NCBI RefSeq assembly: GCF_036321535.1
Contig: NC_087437.1
Location: 104,596,001-104,660,000 of the forward strand
Length of the DNA stretch: 64,000 nt
From: Camelus dromedarius
Taxonomy: Eukaryota
Reading direction: 5' to 3'
In this document: piece by piece, positions 52,810 to 64,000 of the stretch
Position numbering within the stretch: the first letter of the stretch is position 1
How the letters are laid out: each line of letters opens with the position of its first letter
Position numbers and translations under genes: made by a program
Notes under the pieces: model-generated
Databases searched by the model: none
Told to the model about the DNA's origin: nothing
Seen by the model: only the letters and a program-made list of their open reading frames with translations

Positions 52810-55800
52810 TTTTTTTCGTAGAGTTGAACCACAATATTATGTTGGTTTCAGGTGAACAACATAATGATTTGGTTTTTTAAACATTACGCACGACTCAAAG
52901 TTCTCACAGTATTACTGACTGTTTGCCCTGTGTGCTGTACATTACATTCCTGTAACTTACTTCTTTTAAAACTGACAGTTTGTAGCTCATACTTCCTTTC
53001 CTCTCTTTCACCATCCCCTTCAGTCTCTTCCCCTCTGACAGTCTCTAATTTGTTCTCTGTATTCATGAGTCTGTATCTCTTTTTGTTATATTGATTTATT
53101 TGTTTTGTTTTTTAGATTCCACATGTAAGTGATAATGTGCAGTATTTTTCTGTCCCTGTCTGACTTATTTCATTTAGTGTGATAAATTCTAGGTCCATCC
53201 AAGGTTTCCATTTCTCTTTGGATGCCTTTTATTTCTTTTCTTGCCTAATTGCTCTGGCCTACGACTTCCAGTATACTGTGTTGAATTAAAGTGGCAATAA
53301 TGGACACCTTTTTCTTTTTCCTGATCTTAGAAGAAATGCTTTAAGCTTTTTACCATTGAGTATGACCTTAGCTGTGGGTTTGTGATACCCACAGAATGTA
53401 GAGGTACTTTCCCTCTCCACCCACATGTTAAATAGAGTTTTTATTATAAACAGATGTTGAACTTTGTCAAATGCTTTTTCTGCATCTATTGAGATGACGA
53501 TATGATTTTTATTCTTCATTCTGATAATGTGGTGTGTTAGCATTGATTGATACGCAGAAGTTGAATCATCCTTGCATCCTGGAATAAATCCCACTTGATC
53601 ATGGTACGTGATCTTTCTAATGCATTGTTGAATTTGGTTTGCTGATATTTGGTTGAGGATTTTTGTATCTATGTTCATCAGGGATATTGGTCTGAAATTA
53701 TCTTTTCTTTCTTGTAATGTCCTTGTCTGGTTTTGGTATCAGGGGAATACTGGCCTTGTAAAATGAATATGTGTTTCCCCTCTTCCATGTTCTGAAAGAG
53801 TTTGAGGATTGGTAACATTTCCTTGAATGTCTGGTAGAATTTACCACTGAAGTTGTCTAGTCCTGGACTTTTGTTTGTTGGGAATTTTTTTATTAATGAT
53901 TAAATCTTACTACTAATTGGTCTCAGATTTTCTGTTTTATTTTAGAATAATTTATGTTTCTAGGAATTTATCCATTTCATCTAAATTGTTCAATTTGTTC
54001 ATAGTAGTCACATGATTCACTGTATTTCTGTGGTATCAGTTGTAATATCTTCTCTTTCATTTCTGACTTTGTTTATTAGAGTCCTCTCTATATTTTTCTT
54101 ATGGAGTCTACCTAAGGTTTGTGAATTTTGTTTATCTTTTCAGCAAACTGGCTTTTAGTTTGATTAGTCTTTTCTATTATCTTTTTAGTATCTATTTCAT
54201 TTACTTCTGGTCTGAACTTTGTTATTTCTTCTATTCTACTAACTTTGGGCTTTTTTTTTTCCCTAGGTCCTTGAGGTGTAGAGTTACATGACTTGAAACT
54301 TTTCTTGTTTCTTAAAGTAGGCATTTATTGCTACGAACTTTCCTTTTAGAACTTCTCTTGCTGCATCTCATAAGTTTTTGTATATTGTATTTCCATTTTC
54401 TTTAATATCAAGTTATTTTGTTAATTTTTATTTTGATATCAAAATTGACCCACTGGTTATTCAGTAGCATATTGTTCAATCCTCACATTTTTGTGCATTT
54501 TTCGTTCTTGTTCTTGTAAGTGATTTCTAGTTTCATACGATTGTGGTCAGAAAATATGATTGATGATTTCAATCTTCTTAAATTTATTAAGATTTGCTTT
54601 ATGGCCTAACATAAAATGTGTCCTGAAGAATGTTCTTGTACACTTGAGATGAATATGTATTTTTTTCATTTTTTGATGAAATGCTCTGTATATATTTGTT
54701 GTCAATCTGGTCTAACATGCCATTTAATACTACTGTTGTCTTATTGATTTTCTGTCTCAATGATCTATCCATTGATTGATGTGGGCTGTTTAAGTCCCCT
54801 ACTATCACTGTATAACTGTTAATTTCTCCCTTTAGGTCTGTTAATATTTGCTTTATATATTTAGATATTCTCTTTTGAGTGCATATATATTTACAAATCT
54901 TACATTCTTTTTTTAAGTTGATCTTTTTATCATTATGCAATACCTTTCTTTGTCTCTGATTGCAGTCTGAATTAAAGTCTATTTGTCACATATAAGCATA
55001 GTTATCCCAGCTTTCCTTTATCTTCATGGAATATCTTTTTTCATCACTTCGTTTTTATTCTTTACATATTCTCATGTCTGGAGTGAGTATTATTTAAGCA
55101 GTATATAGATATGCCTTTTTTAAAATTAATTCTGCCCTCTTTGTATTTTAGTTGGAGAATTTAGTCCATTCACATTTAGAGTCATTATTGATAGGGATGT
55201 ACTTTACCATTTTCTTACTTGTTTTATGACTGGTTTCTTTCTTCTTCTTTTTTTTAAGTTCCTCTGTTTCTTCTTCTCTTATTATCTTTTTTTATGGTTT
55301 GATTACTTTCTTTAATAGTATGCTTAGATTCCTTTCTTATTAACTTTTATTTATCTACTATAGGTTTTTGTTTTGTGGTTACTATGAGTCTTATAGGTAT
55401 AAGAATTTATAACAGTCTATTTTAAGTTGATAGCCAACTTTGAATTTGAACAAAGTTTGAATGTATTCTAAAGCTATTAATTTTTCTCCCCTCATTTTAT
55501 GATTTATTGTTACATTTTACATATTTTATCCTGTGCATCCCTTAACTAATTATTATAGTTACAGTTAAATTTGCTACTTTTGTCTTTAACCTTCATACTA
55601 GCTTTATAAGTGATTAATCTACTATATTTACTATATAATTAACTTTATCAGTGAGATTTGTTCTTACAGGTGTTTTCTTGTTACTAATTAGTGCCATTTT
55701 TTTAAAAGCTATAGAAGTCCCTTTAACATTTCTTAAGGCTGTTTCAGTTGTGATGAACTCCATTAGCTTTTCCTTGTTTAGAAAACTCTATCTCTCCTTC

Positions 55801-57420
55801 AATTCTGAATGGTAACTTTGCCAGGGAGAGTATTCTTGGTTGGAAGTTTTTCCTCTCAGCACTTAGAATATATCATGTCACTCTGTTTTTGCTTGCAAAG
55901 TTTCTGCTGAAAATTCTTCTGATAGTCTTATTGGGGGTTCCTTGTATGTAACAAATTGTTTTTATTTTACTGCTTTTAAACTTCTTTCTTTTTTTTTTTT
56001 TTTTAACTTTTGATAGCTTATTTATGATGTGTCTCAGTGTGAACACTTTGGGCTCATCTTACTTGGAACTCTCTGGGCTTCCTGGATCTGTAGATCTGTT
56101 TCTTTCTCCAGGTTTGGGAAGTTTTCAGCCATTACTTCTTCAAATACATTTTCTGCCCACCTCTCTCTCTTATCTTTCTGGGACTCCTTTAATGAGAATT
56201 AGTCTGCTGAATGTTGTCCCATTAGTTTCTTAAACTGTCATCACTTTTTCATCCTTTCTTTTTTCCTTTTTGCTGTTATGATTGGGTGAGTTTCTCTGCC
56301 TATATTTGAGTTTACTGATTCTTTCTTTGCTTCAACTGTTCTGCTGTTGAACCTTACTAGTGTATTTTTTAGTTGAATTATTGTATTCTTCAGCTCTGTG
56401 ACTTCTGTTTGATACTTTATTTTTCTGTCTGTTTTTGAAGGTTTCACTGTGTTTATCCATTCTTATACCGCATTTGGTAAGCATAATTATGACCATTACT
56501 GTGAACGCTTTATCAAGTAAGTTACTTATCTCCATTTCATTAAGTTTTTTTTTTTCCTGAGGTATTAGCTTGTTCTTTTGTTTGGAACATATTCCTCTGT
56601 ATTTTTCTTGACCCTCTGATTTTGTTTCTATGCATTAAATAGCCACCTCTCCAGCCTTAAGGGTTGACTTTGTGTAGGAGATAAAACTTATCATTCAACC
56701 TTGCCCTTCTTGGTTGTAGCTCAAATCTTTGTAATTGTCCGACCAGTCTATTTTATTTTTAATAGCTCTGAGTAACTGAAGGTATGTCAAGACCATTCAG
56801 TGTCCCAACGAGGAGGGTCTCATTTAGCACCTAGATTCAGGGTGCTTGGAAGCCAGACCCTCAGGCAGTAGCTTTTAATAATGCAAATATATACAGGGGA
56901 CCACAAGTGTAAACCCCAAGAGCCAGGCAGTCTGGAGGTATCCCCTAGTTGGCACTCATAAAAAGAAGAGCTCCAGATAAGTATATAAGCTCCTTTCTAG
57001 AAGAAATGACAAATGAGCTGTAGTGAGGTAGAGGCAAAGTGTAAAGATAGCCTCCCCTGGCCTGCATTCCCAGAAGGCAACTCCATGGCCTCTCTATGGG
57101 TGCCAAACCTGAGGCCTGCTCTTAAGGCCAGAGCTCCAGGACAAGCAAGTAGGTCTCTTTCACAGAAGGGCTGTGGGTGTACTTCAGTCTGCTGTCTGTA
57201 TAATTCTCTGGGGGTGGTGGCCTGCCAAGAACTGTCTTTCTGGTCCTTTTAGTCCCATAGAGCCCAGAATGGAACCCCCCGTCCCCAGCCATCAGAGCCA
57301 GGAGATCAAAAGGTATCCCCTGGCTGTCAGCCACAATATCCAGGGCACTTGATGTAAAAACTGGGACACCGGGCATGTATAAGAGCTCCCCTCTGAGAGA
57401 CACTGGTGTCTAGAGCATGG
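52810..57420 (-). mobile_element. Long decayed LINE-1 (5' UTR, ORF1, ORF2 5' half, 3' UTR) with internal deletion
   Basis: ORF2 peptides ([11 protein letters not shown]...HDQVGFIPG...[11 protein letters not shown]; endonuclease-like IVGDLN) and ORF1 coiled-coil peptides at 56241-56535. The 3' UTR joins mid-ORF2 abruptly at ~53203. Confidence 0.9.
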
Positions 57421-60400
57421 CGGAGTGAGGCTTGAGGCATTGTTGAAGTTCATTTTGATTCTACTTTTCTATCATGGCATTAATAGATGAACTAAATGAA
57501 TAAATAAATAGAGAAAGACAGACAGAAAAAAGAGAAAAGAAAGAAAGAAAGAAAAAAGAAAGAGTAAGTGTGCTAAATTCTCTAATTTTGTAACATGAAT
57601 CAAGCTCAAATAGGACCAACAAAAATGTTTCAGTTAACCAAAATTAAGGCAGAAAACTAACAAGTTGAGAGGATTTTTTTGTTTGTTGCCTTTTTTTTTT
57701 TTTGCTTTTTTCCTGTGCGTGTGTAGTTGTGTGTATATGTGTGTCTAAATCATTGGTAGAGTGTATCACAATGTTATTCACTAAGTAGAGGATTCACAAA
57801 AAAGATGTATAAAACCAATGGTGGGAAAAATTCAGTTGTAATTCTAATGAAGATATATAAACATTCTCTTTTCAAAGTAAAATAGACGTATTTCCAAATA
57901 GCGTGAATAAATATGATAATATTATCTTGTATCAACAAAAAGTTTTTCAAACAGTATATTTTCCTTTGTCATATAATAATTGAACAATATAGAATTAATC
58001 ACAGATCTATTTGAGAAAGGGTAGGAAGTAAATAAGGAAGTTTATGAAAACAAAAACAGTAAACAGTGATGATTATTTTGTTTTTTGTATCTAGCCTAAT
58101 CAGATCTAATGGTTTTCTGTTCTGTAGTTTTATTGTACAACTAAAGCTATGCAAAAAAAAAAAAAAAAAAAGACTCAAGATGTATATTAATGAGCTGGTA
58201 CCAGATTTCTTTGCCTTTTAATGTTTACAAATATGATAATGTGATATATAAAGATATATATTATTTACTAAAATAAACAGAGTCTGGTGTAAAGACTTTC
58301 ATTTGGAAGAAATTTTGTAAATTTTTTTTATAGTAAGTAATTTCTGTGTAAAATGTCACAGAATAACTTTCAGGAAAAGTCATGATTTTGTCCTATATGA
58401 AAATATTAACTGTGTCATATTTACTACTATGAAAAAATGGAACTTTAAAATGAAGACATAGTAATTACTGCTGTAACATTACCTTTCATGTAAAATGCTT
58501 CTATAAAAATATACATTTATATCTTCTATGCTTTTTTCCACTGAAATGTATATTTTTTATTTCAGATTTAAATTGAAGGTAGTTTAATTAAGCACTGAAA
58601 AAATAATTGAGAAAGGTAAAGATAAACAGAGAGAGACAGAAACAGGGTAAATAGGAAGCAAAGCGAGAAAGAAAGACATAAAGATCTTTAAAGGAATTTC
58701 TGACTCAGCTTGCTCATCTAAATGAAAATAATTATTTTGGTAATGGAATTCAGGGTTTTGACTGACCCATCAACTTTGTAAATCTGTTCCTTACTTTCCC
58801 ATATGCTATCAGACTAAGAGGAAAACACGAAAAATATCTTTGTCTTGAACAATCTTCAAATATCAGAGTGCCTATTTTTTCTTCCTTAGGAGCTTTGAAC
58901 AAAGCAGGCAGGTAGCGGTTATCACTACAGCAATCACAAAGTACCTAAGAATACTTAGGAGCTCTCAAATTTTATTTTTATTTTCCTTTAGAATCTACAG
59001 TAAACCTGTGAACTGTAAGGAGTGTTTGGACAATGTTTGTTCTCTAAGTAAAATAAATAAGGATATGTGTAACTCTTATATTTAAGAAATGTCTGAGAAG
59101 ATTCATTAAGAATTTTATTAGCATTTGTCATACACCTGTGACTTCTCTGCTAATGCATGTTGGAAGATGTTGGTATCTAGCACTTATGCTGCTTCTTACA
59201 TACATGCAAAGGGGTTGTGAATAGAGAATGGAAAATCTACGTCTAGAATACAGAGTAATAATCTTCAAAGGTAATGTCACAGAAACAAATTTTACTGTGA
59301 TTTTTATCAGCAATTGGGAAGCATGTAAAAAGTCAGTCTTCAGAATTTACCATTCATGATTTCCGTTCATCACTGATACTTACTCTGCATTTTAACCTGC
59401 TTTATAGCTTTATTTAGTGGTTTTCAGGGTTGTACAGGAAAGCTAGTTAGAATAGGCTGAAGATTTTGTCGACTATAAATATTTTTTGTAAAAAGCCTTA
59501 AGGATAGCTCTATAATTATTTTTTAACCTTCCCAGAATATGTAAAAGTTCCTAAAAGCTTCTCAAAAAACTTCAGCAATTACTATTTAAATGATTATATG
59601 ACAAATCACTATTTATGCAAGTTCCTTCTAGTGTCTTTTGACGGGGGAAAAGAAAATGTCTTCCTCCTCTCTGCAAATTCTCTTACATTTTCTCATCTCC
59701 AGGTAGGAATATACCTGATGATATAATGGGAAAAGGTAATCTGATTTTAATAAAAAATGAAGGAACTTTCTACATAATAGAATTTCTACTCCATTATTCC
59801 ATCATACAGAAAAATAATAAGCAAAATTTGATTGAAATGTAATTTAAACACTCTTTTTGCACAAATTACAGTTTGTAGGGGAATCAAATACATTGCTGTT
59901 TGGTAAATAGGAAGAGGAAAAATGACTTTAAAAGAAATGGAAACAAAGAATCCTAAGTAAATAGCAAATAAACATTCAACTGTTATATATACACACACAT
60001 ACATATACATTCACCCCAAAACACTGTTAAAATCATAGAAATATCATTATAATAGGACATACAACTGGATAAAAATAGATGACTATTATAAGAAGACTCA
60101 GAATTGTAAATAAGAACTCAAACCTAGATGATTTAGAAAGACAAGGTATCATGAAAACAGTTCTATTGTGTGCAAAATGGTATTTTGGCTAATTTCTATT
60201 GTCTTTTCCAGAGATTTTTCAGAGGTTGTGTAGGAGTTTGTCTATATCAATTATCCAAATAATACTCCACTAGTAACTCTCTAATTCCTCCTATGTGTTC
60301 ACATTTAACTAAAAATAAGCTATGTTTCATAAAGAACATTATTCAATAATATAATACCCTCAGGTTTTGGGTTTGGTTTACAAATGTGGACCAATTATTG

Positions 60401-62129
60401 TATATTATTTATAATAAATTAATTGTTAGCTTGGAAAATTAGTCAAATGATAAGAGAAAAAATGACTGCATTCTTGCTTCCCTACTGTAAAATGTATCCA
60501 TTAAGACAAGTTCATAGTGTCATTGCCTGTAAATTTCAATTATCACTGCAACAACATTGAACCTACCTCCAGGGAGACAAACTGTTTTAAACTGTTGAGA
60601 CACACACCCCTGTCCTGGCAATCAGTCTTGGCTGACATCATGAGACATAGCAAATCCCTGAACACGTGGCACCACAGTAGTTAACTTGCTCATCCATGCC
60701 TGTAACAATTCAATTAGCAAATCCCTGTGGACATTCTGTACTTCAGCAAAATTATCCAGGGTTATTTTCACTAAGTCTGTTTTCTAATCTCTTTGCCTAA
60801 TCTGTTTGTACAAGAGACTATATCATTGCCCTTGCCAAGAGGAAGGGTCAGCTTTATTAATGATCCCACGTGTCTATATTCCAAAGTTGTCATTTCATGT
60901 ATGTTATAGAGATTATGGTTAAGCAGAAGCTTAAATCTTTGCTAGAGGGTAATAGTCAAAAATATATAGCCTTTGTCTCCTCATTCCAGAATTAATCTGG
61001 AAGGAAATCTAAACCCAATACTAGGTCAGAAATATATTTAAAGTTACAAAATCAGAGTTTATGATAGGGTTATTACAAACATAAATATTCTCAAAAATGC
61101 TAAGTCAGAAGTTAGTGAGTCAATGGCTTAGAGTCCATAAAAGCTAATACACATAAATGCAGGGTTAGTGGCAAAACACCCAGACCCCAAAAATATAACT
61201 CATAGCTTTTAAAATTGTATATAAGCAAAGGCACTTTCTCCGCAGCTCTTTCTACTTGTGGACTAAAATTTATGAAAAGCTTAAAATAAGTCTGTTTTGT
61301 TTCACTTTCAATAAGAATAAGTGAAATATTTATTCACAACTGCCAGATACCACACAGGATTTTTCCATTCTATGAATTAAAATTAATTGTATTTCCACTG
61401 TAAGAAAATAAACACCACCACTAGGGACTGTTATGTAAATGCATGTATCTATTAGCACAAGAAAGCATATGAACTCCAAACAAACTTAACCCAGTTCACA
61501 TATTTTCCTCATTGAACAGAAAGGGCACCTAAATTTCTGTGGTAAATTTGTTATCCCATGGCATATCCAACTTTTTTTTTTTTTTGAATAGATAAAATTA
61601 TGTTTTCCAAAGCCATCCATTTATTTAGCTTTCCTGTATGTCTCTACACATAAAGCATGTTGAGGGCTGGAAGAAATTTAGCCATGATCAGAGTGGACCT
61701 ACAGTAAAGTAGCAACACTTCTTTCCTTCTGGATGAGTATAGATACTCTAAGCTCTTAATTGTTGTGTTTAATATTTCTACATTTAAAAAGCAAATATGT
61801 TATTGTACAAAAATCCACTAATAGATATCAAAGAGCTGGATTTTTAACTATCTCTGACTCACAAATGTACTTAAAACAGAATCCCCAAATTCCTAACAGT
61901 TTAGGGAACAGACCTAAGCATCATTTACACCTCCATGTTACAAAAGATACTAGGAATATTATATGACTAAATTACTTTGGAAGGGGAAGTACTTTAAGTT
62001 TTAATTTTTTCCTAATCAAATATACCAATGCTTAGATGTATCCCTCCTTTGTGTTTTTAACTTTTGTTTCCTAGTGGGTTATGGCCCCAGTTTGATAAGT
62101 GCTTGGTTAAGATGCAAAAGGCATTAAAT

Positions 62130-62431
62130 TTGTACAATAAGATATTTTGAGAGAGACGGAGACCACAGTCACATAACTTTTATTATAGTTAATCATTGTA
62201 ATTGTTCTATATTTTAGTTAATGTTGGTCGCTTCCCATGACTAATTTATAAACTTTATCATAGTTGTGTGTGTATATATGTATGTGTATATATATATATG
62301 TATATACACACACACACATATATACATATATATGAAGAAACATGGTATATATAAGATTTGGTACTATCCATGGTTTCAGGCATCCACTGGGGGTCTTGGA
62401 ATATACCCCCATGGATAAGAGGGGACTACAG
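62130..62431 (+). mobile_element. MER44/Tigger7-like DNA transposon end with internal (TA/CA) microsatellite
   Basis: cacataacttttatta...tttcaggcatccactgggggtcttggaa...gggggactac. Confidence 0.8.
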
Positions 62432-64000
62432 TTTGCTTTTGTGGAGGTAGGGGTACATTTCAACTTGACTAAGCTTCCTATTCCCCAAATCACTGGTTAA
62501 GATATATGACATATTGTGGACATGGGCTAAATTCCACTCAGCAAATTATAGTAAATGACACGGACTAGCTTCTGATTCAGAAAACTTTATGAATAACTCC
62601 ACTTTTATTACCTATTGAAGATAATTGTTAAGAATTAGACATGTAGCCCTTTTTATTTGAAATGTAAAGATTAAATTAATTCAAAATTATAATAAATAAA
62701 ACAATTATCAGTCCCATTATATCTGTAATAACTTATTTACAGAACTTCTAACATTGTAGCAGCTTGCATTAAAGGATACCTAAATATGATATCCTAATAT
62801 CGGGTACTCTGGTAAAAAAGGAAAACATTTTTTCACTGCCTTGCTTAGTGTTCTTGGAAATGCGTTAATTAACCTTTAACACTTCATAAATTATATTTTG
62901 TGATGACTTAAGTTGTATCAGTTTTCTTTGCAATTTGGCAATTATTAAAATATACATGTCTCTAAGTAGAAAAGTGTATTTTAATTATATTAATGACCAT
63001 TGTCTAAATAATATGTTTACTGTTGATGTAAATTATTCTGAATGAGTAATTAGAATCTCAAAGAACTTAAGATAACTAAGCTATCCTTTTATTGATCTTC
63101 TAAGAACCGACAAAAACTGTATGCTAATTGTTAAGTTGGAGAATTATTGCCCAGGTATTTTTGGTGGTAACACCATGCAACACCATATGCTAGACAATTG
63201 TAAAACAAACAAATAAAAATCTGAGATGAAACACTTTTATGTGATATTTCCTTTCCATTCAGATACTTATTCAAGACTAATTTGCAGTCTTTTATTCCTG
63301 ATTGCCCAGAGCCATTATTTTTGATTTGGTTGAGCATATTTTATGTGTACAAATAACACAAGCATCCTAACTATACTACAGTGAACAAATTGGATGTTTG
63401 AAGTGAAATAAAGTTTCCGACGATTTTACCCATACACTAGTGAAATAAAAGTGAGTTTCTTGTATTTGTACATGCAAAAAAAAAAAAAAAAAAGAGAGAG
63501 AAAGTCATCTTTTAAAAAATGGTAAACTTTAGGAATAAATAACACTTATGACTAGCCTTTATGATGCCAGGAAAATATATTAAAATATAATCAATGTATT
63601 TATGTTACAGTTACTGACTACTTTGACAAAATGTACTGCAAACTAGGTGTTCTTTTTCTCTTGTACTGCTATTGCTTTGAGAGTAAACAATACATCTATA
63701 TAGATATTTTATATTCTGTCTTTTAATAGAATAATTCACTCTTATTAAAATGACTACTGTTATGTGGTGTCTGAAAGATTAATTTGTCCAAAACACTTCC
63801 TGTTTAGCTCTGAATTTATGGACAGTGACCGCTGCTTCAGCTGCTCTTCACAGCCTGAGATCCCAGTTACCTTGCCTCTCCCTACGGGAGCTTCAGGTTA
63901 CATGAAATAGAGACCAGTCCTTTAGGCACCTGGGACAGGTGAGAACATTGTGTAAAATGTCTGCTCTGCTCATTCCCATTCAGGGCAGGGAACTGGGATT

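Noticed and set aside
242..63337. Most short ORFs in the six-frame track
   Set aside because: They are 60-130 aa, rich in F/L/I/K as expected from AT-rich DNA, often overlap repeats, and show no recognisable domains apart from the L1 and ERV fragments.

Overview
AT-rich, gene-poor mammalian DNA, probably camelid judging by the tRNA-derived SINE and the youngest L1 3' ends (family assignments are by eye, not from a database search). Most of the window is decayed LINE-1, MaLR/MER21-type LTRs, L2/MIR and DNA-transposon fossils, and no host protein-coding gene can be supported. The main feature is a 5.4-kb class I (gamma-like, MER41-like LTR) endogenous retrovirus at ~22287-27713 on the minus strand that is not a normal provirus. 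Its structure is R-U5-PBS(Lys)-gag-pro-[RT deleted]-IN-[env deleted]-PPT-U3-R-poly(A), between 11-bp direct repeats, which indicates a retroviral mRNA retroposed by L1 (a processed ERV, as known for primate HERV-W). A second notable event at 52120-52776 is a short L1 insertion showing both a twin-priming 5' inversion and a 3' transduction inside a 19-bp TSD.
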